A program made the position numbers and the translations under genes. Below are positions 1 through 7,576 of a stretch of 35,129 bases of DNA, piece by piece. A model generated the notes under the pieces. It did no database searches, was not told where the DNA came from, and saw only the letters and a program-made list of their open reading frames with translations. This DNA is from a virus (lineage: Duplodnaviria > Caudoviricetes): positions 1-35,129 of IMG/VR virus record IMGVR_UViG_3300011335_000585; one strand, given 5' to 3'. The first letter of the stretch is position 1. Every line of letters starts with the position of its first letter.

Positions 1-275
1 ATAAAGATGGTCACATAGTCATTGGGTTTGACACTCCATGGGGACCACCAGACACATGGATCCATACTATGTCTGATATGTTTCCTGACCTTGAGTTTAC
101 ATGTCGTTATGCTGAACCCGGCATGTGTTTTGCTGGCAACATATACGCAGGACCTAAAGGTTGGGAGCATGTACAACGCAGTGGTGATGAGTTAGTAGAC
201 GATGACTATCACCTTATGGGTGCTGATACCTGTGATGAGTGTAAGAACTGGGAATCGAACTGTACTTGTGAGTAA
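1..275 (+). CDS. YubB/Api92-like ferredoxin-like domain protein (DUF1281 C-terminal type), 5'-truncated
   Basis: The frame is open from base 3 (KDGHIVIGFDTPWGPPDTWIHTMSDMFPDLEFTCRYAEPGMCFAG), matching the F-x-T-x-W-x-PP...FPxLxF...YxExGxxFxG pattern, so the ORF-track start at 69 is internal. Confidence 0.75.
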   Translation, partial: KDGHIVIGFDTPWGPPDTWIHTMSDMFPDLEFTCRYAEPGMCFAGNIYAGPKGWEHVQRSGDELVDDDYHLMGADTCDECKNWESNCTCE

Positions 276-312
276 CTTACTTACGGTATAATACCGACGG
301 GATCTACCACAC

Positions 313-355
313 TTTGTGGAGTCTGAACAGCCACTTCAGGCTCCACAAACTTTTT
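313..355 (+). terminator. Intrinsic terminator-like hairpin
   Basis: TTTGTGGAGTCTGAA (313-327) pairs with TTCAGGCTCCACAAA (335-349): 15 bp with one G-U, 7-nt loop, followed by CTTTTT. Confidence 0.7.
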
Positions 356-360
356 AAAAC

Positions 361-366
361 AAGGAG
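361..366 (+). promoter_or_regulatory. Shine-Dalgarno site
   Basis: AAGGAGATAT immediately before ATG at 371. Confidence 0.8.
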
Positions 367-370
367 ATAT

Positions 371-775
371 ATGTTAGAGCAATTAATCGGATTGATTGAC
401 AAAATGTCACAAACTAGCGAGTACCGAGATGGTTGGAAGGAGATTGAACCTACTATTGGAGTTAATCATATTGTTTCTTTAAACTGGCCTAGATTTAAAC
501 TGAAGATTGTTTCATTCAGAATGCCACCACACTGGGATGGGTCACTTGAATCAGCAGAACAAATAGAAGCAATTGATACATTGTATGTAGCAAAGAACAA
601 CGAAATCCATTGGAAGACAGTGAAGAATGCTAACACAGAACATTGGCACGACATGGAACGAGCTTTAGTTGTAGACGTTGTAGATAAGTTTTTAGCTGGC
701 GAATGGACGCCACCTTGGAAATGTGGGTTTTGTGCATCACGACATAACGGATCTCTTAAACCACGTTGGAAATGA
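371..775 (+). CDS. Hypothetical protein with C-terminal CxxC
   Basis: ORF track 314-775; start moved to ATG 371 because of the AAGGAG RBS; CGFC near the C-terminus. Confidence 0.75.
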   Translation: MLEQLIGLIDKMSQTSEYRDGWKEIEPTIGVNHIVSLNWPRFKLKIVSFRMPPHWDGSLESAEQIEAIDTLYVAKNNEIHWKTVKNANTEHWHDMERALVVDVVDKFLAGEWTPPWKCGFCASRHNGSLKPRWK

Positions 776-1320
776 AACGACCTTGGCGAGTAGCATTCTA
801 TTACGTCAAGCTAAATAACAATACGTTGTATATGCAATCACGCATAGCTGGGCTGCTTATTTTTAAAGAATGGGCAGCCGAGGCAGCTAAACAGGAAGGA
901 GAACAAGTTGTAGAATTTGGAGGCGTTGTTAAACCACACATGCAAAAGATTATTAACGCACAAGATGTCGTTGACCTTTTAAATTGTGGTTGGGATGCAT
1001 TTGTAGTTACACGAACAACAATAAAGGATGGAGTAATCACTAAAACATTTACAGATCCTAAATATAAATCAATGCACAATCAGTGCAATAAGTTACGTAT
1101 TAAAGGAGTCTATTTTAATAATGCAATACGTAAATCATTGAGCATTGTATGTAGGAATTATGACCTACTTGAGTTGTGTTTTCGGTCACCAGCTCCTAAT
1201 GTTTTTGAAGCATTCATTAAACTAGCATCAGAAGATCAGTTGGAGGATAAACAAAATATTGTAAAGCATGCGAAAAGTATCTTTTATGTCTTGCGAAAAC
1301 CATATAGACAAACACGGTAA
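772..1320 (+). CDS. Hypothetical protein
   Basis: ORF 766-1320; ATG at 772 forms an ATGA overlap with the upstream stop. Confidence 0.7.
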   Translation: MKRPWRVAFYYVKLNNNTLYMQSRIAGLLIFKEWAAEAAKQEGEQVVEFGGVVKPHMQKIINAQDVVDLLNCGWDAFVVTRTTIKDGVITKTFTDPKYKSMHNQCNKLRIKGVYFNNAIRKSLSIVCRNYDLLELCFRSPAPNVFEAFIKLASEDQLEDKQNIVKHAKSIFYVLRKPYRQTR

Positions 1321-1456
1321 GAGAAAACTGTGTTCGTGTTTACGATGCTACATAAAGTTTTGGAAAGATGATCTTGAAGAACTAGGTATCCACTTACTTA
1401 CTGTAATTGTGATATCTATTTACGTATGGATAAACTACAAAATAAACCGACGCTAA
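1286..1456 (+). CDS. Possible small membrane protein
   Basis: Fills the 1321-1425 gap; Cys cluster (CSCLRC) and one hydrophobic segment (IHLLTVIVISIYVWI); overlaps both neighbours by about 30 nt; start uncertain. Confidence 0.4.
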   Translation: MSCENHIDKHGKRKLCSCLRCYIKFWKDDLEELGIHLLTVIVISIYVWINYKINRR

Positions 1457-1845
1457 GTGAAACGTCTATACAAAATCAATCAGTTGCATTACTTAGAGCA
1501 TTAGGCTACACAGTTATGGAGACTGGTAAGTCTAGGTCTAAACAAAGATGCAAGACCTGTGGCACACAATCATATGCAACAGGGTGGCAAGGCAACACAG
1601 TAGGCTTACCAGATATGTACATACATAGTATTAACTGGCGAAGAGGAGTGTCTCTTGCTATTGAGATGAAGACACCAAAAGGAGAAATAAGACCAGAGCA
1701 ATTACGATTAGCTGAATCAGGCTTAATTAACATATGTCGAAGTGCAAAATGTGTACTTCAAACAATAGAACAATACGAAGAGTCTATTTGTAACGAAATA
1801 CAAGTAGAACGCATACGAAAGATAATAGACATCAATGGCATTTGA
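1426..1845 (+). CDS. VRR-NUC family PD-(D/E)xK nuclease (probable Holliday junction resolvase)
   Basis: SETSIQ N-terminal helix, GLPDM, AIEMKTPKG-x3-PEQ motifs; extra CKTC. Confidence 0.85.
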   Translation: MDKLQNKPTLSETSIQNQSVALLRALGYTVMETGKSRSKQRCKTCGTQSYATGWQGNTVGLPDMYIHSINWRRGVSLAIEMKTPKGEIRPEQLRLAESGLINICRSAKCVLQTIEQYEESICNEIQVERIRKIIDINGI

Positions 1846-2470
1846 AAACCCATGTTCCTTAGAACATATGGACGTAGTACTACCCAACACCTCTGATTAT
1901 AATGGATGGATAGCAACTCAACCTGACGATAAAGATAGTGTGTTGTGCGTAGAAAACAGTAATGGTTATTCGTTTATATTTTATGACGATACTGAAGAAG
2001 AACTACATAAGTCTGTAGCTCAATATACCGATACCAAATACAACACCAAGCAAGTAAGTGTGCTCAACGTTCTGCATTCGTGGAGAGCATTGATATATAA
2101 AAACAATCAATCATTAGTCATTGGTTGCAAAGATTACTTGTGTGACACAGCATTAGTGGCATCTGGTGGAATGTTATACCCTCATGCATTCTCACTTATA
2201 AGTTACTTGCTCGATGAAAACAACAAGCCAATGATTGATGAATGGGGTTCATTGATTTGTGCTGGTAGTCCTAGTCGATTAATCCAATCATCTTGCGCAG
2301 AGAATCAAGACTTAATGCTTGGCATATATAGCAAGAAAATATCAATGCGTACTGAACCGCTAATCTTTTTAGCAAAACAATACAAATCATTATTGTGCGA
2401 AGGTTCTATGTGTAATGTACCTTTGGCAATAGCACACTCTTATCATGCAAGGAGTTCCAAAAATGTTTAA
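1835..2470 (+). CDS. Hypothetical protein
   Basis: 211-aa ORF overlapping both neighbours in the operon; no motif recognised. Confidence 0.7.
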   Translation: MAFENPCSLEHMDVVLPNTSDYNGWIATQPDDKDSVLCVENSNGYSFIFYDDTEEELHKSVAQYTDTKYNTKQVSVLNVLHSWRALIYKNNQSLVIGCKDYLCDTALVASGGMLYPHAFSLISYLLDENNKPMIDEWGSLICAGSPSRLIQSSCAENQDLMLGIYSKKISMRTEPLIFLAKQYKSLLCEGSMCNVPLAIAHSYHARSSKNV

Positions 2471-3047
2471 CCCAAGAGATCACTTCATTAACTTGAAGGG
2501 CAAGCAGTACTTGCCTGTAGCTGCACGTATTGCATGGTTCCGAGAGGACCATCCAGACTGGACAATTAAAACGTATGCAGTGCCCGAACTTTCGGGCGCT
2601 GACTACTGTACTTTTGCTGCCGAGATTCTTGATCCATCAGGCAGACTTATTGCTAAGGCTCATAAGACAGAACATGAGAAGCACTTTGCTGATTACCGAG
2701 AGAAGGCAGAAACGGGCGCCATTGGGCGAGCACTGGCCTTGTGCGGGTATGGCACACTGTTTGCTCAAGAACTAGAAGAGCCTATTACACCATCTGGTGA
2801 CATGCGCATTGTAGATGCACCACAACAAGCCAAGGCATCTACGCTTTCGGCTGGTAAGCAGTTTGCTTTAGAGTGTAAACGTATATGGGGTGCAGACATT
2901 ACCCCACAAGATATGAAGCGTGTTTTTGCACGACTGGCTGGACATACAGACACATCAGAACAAAATCTACGATTAGTCATAGAAGTACTGATGGGATTCA
3001 ATACACCGGAAGAAGCAGAGTCGGTGTTCTTGGCAGAGGAGGATTAA
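2463..3047 (+). CDS. Rad52/Sak/ERF-like single-strand annealing protein
   Basis: LKGKQYLPVAARIAWFREDHP...EKAETGAIGRALALCGYG pattern typical of phage annealases; RBS AAGGAG upstream of ATG 2463. Confidence 0.75.
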   Translation: MFNPRDHFINLKGKQYLPVAARIAWFREDHPDWTIKTYAVPELSGADYCTFAAEILDPSGRLIAKAHKTEHEKHFADYREKAETGAIGRALALCGYGTLFAQELEEPITPSGDMRIVDAPQQAKASTLSAGKQFALECKRIWGADITPQDMKRVFARLAGHTDTSEQNLRLVIEVLMGFNTPEEAESVFLAEED

Positions 3048-3048
3048 A

Positions 3049-3606
3049 TTGGACACAAGCAAGTTTGACATCATCGGTGACAGTTACTACGAGATTGAGA
3101 CCGGCGAATATGCCGGTCCAGTTGATGGTTGGCTAGGCGATGAACTTAAAACAGAAGAAGACGTTCTTTTAGCTTTACAACGTTTACTAAAATACGAAAC
3201 AGAACTTAAAGCGGAACAGCTTGCTACTCAATCAATCATTGATCGATGTAAGTCAATGGTCAAAGATAAAGAACGTAAAGTGCATTGGCTACAAGCTAAG
3301 TACGGTACACAGATTGCTGCGTTTGCTAAATCACAGTTGCATGGTAAGGCTAAGACATGGAAGTGCCCTTGGGCACAGGTGTCATTTAGGCAACCATCTC
3401 CAGTGTTCTATATTACTGAAGACGAACGTGCTGTTGACCTCGTACCTAAAGAAGCTGTTAAGATTGAGTTGTCTATTCTTAAAAGCAAGATATCAAAAGA
3501 GGTGCAACTTACACTTGTAGAAGAATATCCAGATGTGTTTAGTATGTCAAATCCAGATGAAACATTTAGTGTGAAGACGTTGACAGCAACAGATACTGAG
3601 GAGTAA
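3049..3606 (+). CDS. Gam-like host-nuclease inhibitor / Gp157-like protein
   Basis: Coiled coil followed by KAKTWKCPWAQVSFRQ and LKSKI motifs as in the Mu Gam family; TTG start after GAGGAGG; adjacent to the annealase. Confidence 0.65.
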   Translation: MDTSKFDIIGDSYYEIETGEYAGPVDGWLGDELKTEEDVLLALQRLLKYETELKAEQLATQSIIDRCKSMVKDKERKVHWLQAKYGTQIAAFAKSQLHGKAKTWKCPWAQVSFRQPSPVFYITEDERAVDLVPKEAVKIELSILKSKISKEVQLTLVEEYPDVFSMSNPDETFSVKTLTATDTEE

Positions 3607-3609
3607 GAT
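3580..3609 (+). promoter_or_regulatory. Sigma70-type promoter candidate
   Basis: TTGACA (3580-3585), 18-nt spacer, TAAGAT (3604-3609), just upstream of a 100-nt intergenic gap. Confidence 0.55.
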
Positions 3610-3653
3610 TGACTGCTCCGTAACTATATCCCACGGAGCACAACTACCAAATG

Positions 3654-3688
3654 AAGGGTCACGGACATCAACACCGTGGCCCTTTTAC
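3654..3688 (+). terminator. Intrinsic terminator-like hairpin
   Basis: AAGGGTCACGG (3654-3664) pairs with CCGTGGCCCTT (3674-3684), one G-U, running into TTTT. Confidence 0.65.
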
Positions 3689-3705
3689 ATCACAGGACAA
3701 AATAT

Positions 3706-4314
3706 ATGAGTGACGAATTAGTTTACATAGGTAGTATCCCAGATGCAGTCAATGTCACAGACGTTGGCTTAGAGTTTAGACGAGACATTGAATACGATCA
3801 GTGGCTAACACTGATGGCCACATTACAACAGTTATCTACAGCGTTTCAGTTTGCTATTGGTGATGCACTTAACTACGGACAGAAAAGATATGGCGAGAAA
3901 TATGCACAGGCTATGGACGCTACCGGTTGCGCTTATCAGAGCCTTGCTAACTGGAGTTGGGTGGCTACTAATGTCCCTATTGATAACAGGATTGCTGGTC
4001 TTAGTTGGACTCATCACAGGCTTGTGGCACATGTTGGAACGAGTGAGCAAAAACTTATTTTAGAGTCAGCTAAATCTCGTGGGTTGTCAGTGACAGATTT
4101 TGAAAGAGAACTTAAAGGTGAACCAGAAGAAGATAAGAAACCACTTAAGCAAATCAACATACCAGAAGGATGGACAGTTGATGATGCTAACAAAGCACTC
4201 GAAATAGTCAGCTCGTATAGGCAAGGACTTGAGAGACTAACTGCAGCACTAGATGCTGAAGATAATGACACTAAGGTGCAGAGATACTGCGCTGAATGTC
4301 CATATAACAACTAG
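3706..4314 (+). CDS. LmbU-family DNA-binding protein
   Basis: VGLEF...YDQW...FAIGDALNYG..RYGEKY.QA...TG..YQSLANWSWVA......R..GLSWTHHRLVA parallels the LmbU core; start at ATG 3706 after AGGA; C-terminal CAECP. Confidence 0.75.
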   Translation: MSDELVYIGSIPDAVNVTDVGLEFRRDIEYDQWLTLMATLQQLSTAFQFAIGDALNYGQKRYGEKYAQAMDATGCAYQSLANWSWVATNVPIDNRIAGLSWTHHRLVAHVGTSEQKLILESAKSRGLSVTDFERELKGEPEEDKKPLKQINIPEGWTVDDANKALEIVSSYRQGLERLTAALDAEDNDTKVQRYCAECPYNN

Positions 4315-4323
4315 AGGTAAGGC

Positions 4324-5037
4324 ATGATTACCGTATTCAATGGCAAGTCGTTTGGCTTGTCAGGTGAGCGTTCATCTGGCTTTGTTCAGATAGACCGCTT
4401 ACTCGTAAACCACATAACGTCATTTACTCCATCAGGATTTGTAGTATTCATGGCATTGGTAATGCATGTAGATAATGATGGCTACTGCTGGCCAAGTATC
4501 AAGAGACTTGTTGAATGTACAGGGTTGTCTGAAACTACGGTTAAGACTGCACTGCACTATCTAACAGGTATGAAGATAAACGAGAAGAGACTACTTGAAG
4601 TCAATGGACGAACTTCTCCTAGCGGGAGAACAACAAGCAATGGCTACAAGTTATTTCCTGATTCTGTTGAGCACGATCCAGACGTGAAGGTTACATCAGT
4701 CAAGCAAGCTAGAGCAGATACTGTAAAGGAAGATGATCCAGCATTCCCTTTGTACAAAGCATTTAAGCGAGCACGGTGGGGAGGAGTGTCTGAGGTAGCA
4801 ATCACAGATAAGGAGTGGAAGGATGTGCGTCTAACCATATGGCAGATGCACAAGGCGGGTGTTACAGAAGAGAGTGTAGTCGAGCGCGTGAATACACTAA
4901 AGAGCAAGTGGACAAACCACGAGATGGTTACTGTTCGTTCGCTATGGAAGCATTGGGAAACACATGCTGTGCCAACGTACACAATACCAAAGACGGTTAT
5001 AAGAATAGAGGACTGGTTCAATGACAGCAACGGATAA
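4324..5037 (+). CDS. Phage replication initiator, N-terminal winged HTH (HTH_36-like)
   Basis: VFMALVMHVDNDGYCWPSIKRLVECTGLSETTVKTAL and TSNGYKL; RBS GAGG; directly upstream of loader and helicase. Confidence 0.8.
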   Translation: MITVFNGKSFGLSGERSSGFVQIDRLLVNHITSFTPSGFVVFMALVMHVDNDGYCWPSIKRLVECTGLSETTVKTALHYLTGMKINEKRLLEVNGRTSPSGRTTSNGYKLFPDSVEHDPDVKVTSVKQARADTVKEDDPAFPLYKAFKRARWGGVSEVAITDKEWKDVRLTIWQMHKAGVTEESVVERVNTLKSKWTNHEMVTVRSLWKHWETHAVPTYTIPKTVIRIEDWFNDSNG

Positions 5038-5458
5038 ATTACTAGCGATTCTTTCGCAACTACCTAGTTCTATAGCATGGAACGACACAAGCGAGACTGT
5101 TTATCGTGTAGCCATCAACGGGCTTACAGACGAGGACATTAAAGGTGGAGCGCAACGATTGCTTACACGGTGTAAGTTTCGCCCTACTCCATCAGAGGTA
5201 TTACTCAGCGTGGCTGTTGAAAAGTTTGGTGATGCTCAACCACACATCATCACTTATGACATCAGTGAGGGATTGAGACTAGGTATACCTACAGACAGAC
5301 TACACCCTACAGTCAAACTCGTTCTTAGGAAAACTGGCGGGTATCAAGCATGGAGAGTAGAGCCACCTATCAAGGGTCAGGCATTACAAGAAGTTATTAA
5401 CGAAGTACATATTGTTCGGCTAACGGAATACATCGATGAACTACGAAACAAAAGCTAA
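5021..5458 (+). CDS. Replicative helicase loader/inhibitor (SPP1 G39P-like)
   Basis: CKFRPTPSEVL matches the F-x-PT-x-x-E-I/V motif; lies between initiator and DnaB. Confidence 0.65.
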   Translation: MTATDKLLAILSQLPSSIAWNDTSETVYRVAINGLTDEDIKGGAQRLLTRCKFRPTPSEVLLSVAVEKFGDAQPHIITYDISEGLRLGIPTDRLHPTVKLVLRKTGGYQAWRVEPPIKGQALQEVINEVHIVRLTEYIDELRNKS

Positions 5459-6818
5459 AAGCCTCGGCTTCAATATAGAAATTCCATCGGACGTTATGAG
5501 TGAGCAATCACTTATAGCGTCTGTTCTTCTTGGAGGCAAGAAGTTATTCAAGAGCCTGTCGCACATCGACAAAGGAATGTTCTACAGAGTCGCTCACAGC
5601 CTCATATGGGAGGCCTACACTACCATTGACGCATCTGGTCAAGACATCGATATCGTGACTGTGAATGAGGAGTTAACAAGGCGTAATGCACTAGAGGCTT
5701 GTGGTGGACTGGGATACATCATGCAGTGCGCTGAGTTACTTCCATCCACGTCTAACTACGAGAGTTACGTCAAGCTAGTGACCGACTACCATCGTCGCAG
5801 GGAGATCATCTTCTCATCGGAGTTGGCAAGTAAGAAGGCATCCGATTGCGACTCCGACATTGATAAAATCATCACTGATTTAAATAACTCTGTCTCATTC
5901 ACCAATTCCGGAACAACGACTGATGATTTATCTAAATTAATTTTGTCGGCATCCAACGCAGCGATTAGTAGGCAACACGATGAAACAACATTTAGTGTTC
6001 CTAGTGGTTACGAGGAAGTAGACTCAGTAACAGGAGGATGGCGTAATGGAGAGTTAATCATTATTGGCGGACGGCCTTCTATGGGTAAGTCTAGTCTTGG
6101 TTTGCAGTACGCTTGGAACGCAGCTCGTTACATGCGCACTCTAGATGAGAAGGTCGGCGTGTTGATTGTGAGTGCTGAGATGTCGAAGGACATGGTTACA
6201 GCACGTATGTTGTCAATCTACAGTGAAGTAGACAGCCAAGTTATTCAGACCAAGAAGTTGAATAACTATCAGAAAGATAAGCTACAGGTTGTAGCTCAGG
6301 AGGCTAAGTCACTTCATGTTCGTATTGTCGCCGATAAAACTGTCACCCTTGGAGGAATCCGAGACGCCATTAGAGACACCCAAAAATCTTTTAATGTTGG
6401 CTTGGTGGTTGTTGATTACCTACAGATGATTGCAATGCCTTCAGCCTACAAGTCTGAAAACAGAACACGTGACATTGGTGTAATCAGTCGAGGGCTAAAG
6501 GATATTGCTCGTGAGTATAAGTGTCCTGTTGTTGCACTATCGAGCCTGTCTAGGGCAGTAGAGCAACGACAGGACAAACGTCCAATGATGTCAGACTTGA
6601 GGGAGTCTGGAGATATTGAGTCAGATGCAGATGTCATCCAGTTTATCTATCGTGCTGGTTACTACGAGCGTAACCAAGATGGAGAACAGGACGATGAAGA
6701 TAAGGCAGAGATCATCACGGCGAAGAACAGGAACGGGAGAACTGGTATCAGCTTACTCACGTTCCAAAGCAAGTTTGCTCGATTTAGCGACTTCAACTTA
6801 AGTGCTTTTGACCTTTAA
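5436..6818 (+). CDS. dnaB: Replicative DNA helicase
   Basis: N-domain (EQSLIASVLL, IDIVTV), Walker A GRPSMGKS, SAEM, VVVDYLQ, RPMMSDLRESG, AKNRNG. Confidence 0.97.
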   Translation: MNYETKAKSLGFNIEIPSDVMSEQSLIASVLLGGKKLFKSLSHIDKGMFYRVAHSLIWEAYTTIDASGQDIDIVTVNEELTRRNALEACGGLGYIMQCAELLPSTSNYESYVKLVTDYHRRREIIFSSELASKKASDCDSDIDKIITDLNNSVSFTNSGTTTDDLSKLILSASNAAISRQHDETTFSVPSGYEEVDSVTGGWRNGELIIIGGRPSMGKSSLGLQYAWNAARYMRTLDEKVGVLIVSAEMSKDMVTARMLSIYSEVDSQVIQTKKLNNYQKDKLQVVAQEAKSLHVRIVADKTVTLGGIRDAIRDTQKSFNVGLVVVDYLQMIAMPSAYKSENRTRDIGVISRGLKDIAREYKCPVVALSSLSRAVEQRQDKRPMMSDLRESGDIESDADVIQFIYRAGYYERNQDGEQDDEDKAEIITAKNRNGRTGISLLTFQSKFARFSDFNLSAFDL

Positions 6819-7571
6819 GTAAACTTTCTTTTGATCACTATTGGGAATGCAATCAAGATTAAAGCTACGAGCAATATCTCTAATTGCTGCATACGATTTA
6901 CCATCTCGTAAAATGCATTGAAGGGCCAGCGGTTTACCATTATAAACTGGCCCGTCTTCCCAAGATAGTGCATCGTCAGACCCAGTAACAAGCCTAACAA
7001 AATCGCGGACAGGTGCGTAGGTTTTCCCGTTCTGCAATAACGCAACAATGTGCTTGTCTCCATAAACAATCTTCCAATCATCACCGGACAAGATTAATCC
7101 CCATGGATTAATAAAGAATACATTCTCTCGGTTGCGGTTGGCAAACACATTGTTTCTACTGGCAACCATGTAACCATTACGACTACCATCGTTGTTACTA
7201 TTGCCTTCAATAGACATCAGTGTCCCTGCTTCAGAGTAGCCTGAGATAATACCGATGTGATAAGCATCGTTACCAGAAACCAAAAGAACAAGGTCACCCG
7301 GTCTGCCTTTGGACGAGAGGCACTTATGCTTCTTTGCACTAGCAAGCCATACGTCACAATCTGCACTAAAACACAAAGGCCAATCATCACCACTTTGATT
7401 CTCCCATTCCATGGCAATGGCAGTAACAAATGAGGCGCACCAATAACTACCAATTGGCGCATTAGCCATTGTGTTCCAACGGTCGATCAACGATCCTTTA
7501 TTACTGCCTATTGGATTTTCTGTCACACCAATATACTTTTTGGCGATATCAATAAATAAGTCAGGAGTCAT
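6798..7571 (-). CDS. Endolysin: CHAP amidase/peptidase plus C-terminal copper-amine-oxidase-N/stalk-like binding domain
   Basis: YIGVTE.P.GSN, YWCASFV (Cys), YHIGII (His), IEGNSN; C-terminal duplicated GKTYAPVRDF / GKSYAAIRDI; RBS GAAGGA. Confidence 0.85.
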   Translation of the reverse strand: MTPDLFIDIAKKYIGVTENPIGSNKGSLIDRWNTMANAPIGSYWCASFVTAIAMEWENQSGDDWPLCFSADCDVWLASAKKHKCLSSKGRPGDLVLLVSGNDAYHIGIISGYSEAGTLMSIEGNSNNDGSRNGYMVASRNNVFANRNRENVFFINPWGLILSGDDWKIVYGDKHIVALLQNGKTYAPVRDFVRLVTGSDDALSWEDGPVYNGKPLALQCILRDGKSYAAIRDIARSFNLDCIPNSDQKKVYLKVKST

Positions 7572-7576
7572 TACAA

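Noticed and set aside
4640-4800. Possible origin iterons inside the initiator gene (GATCCAG twice, GAGCACG twice)
   Set aside because: Only 7-bp pairs with irregular spacing and no adjoining AT-rich tract
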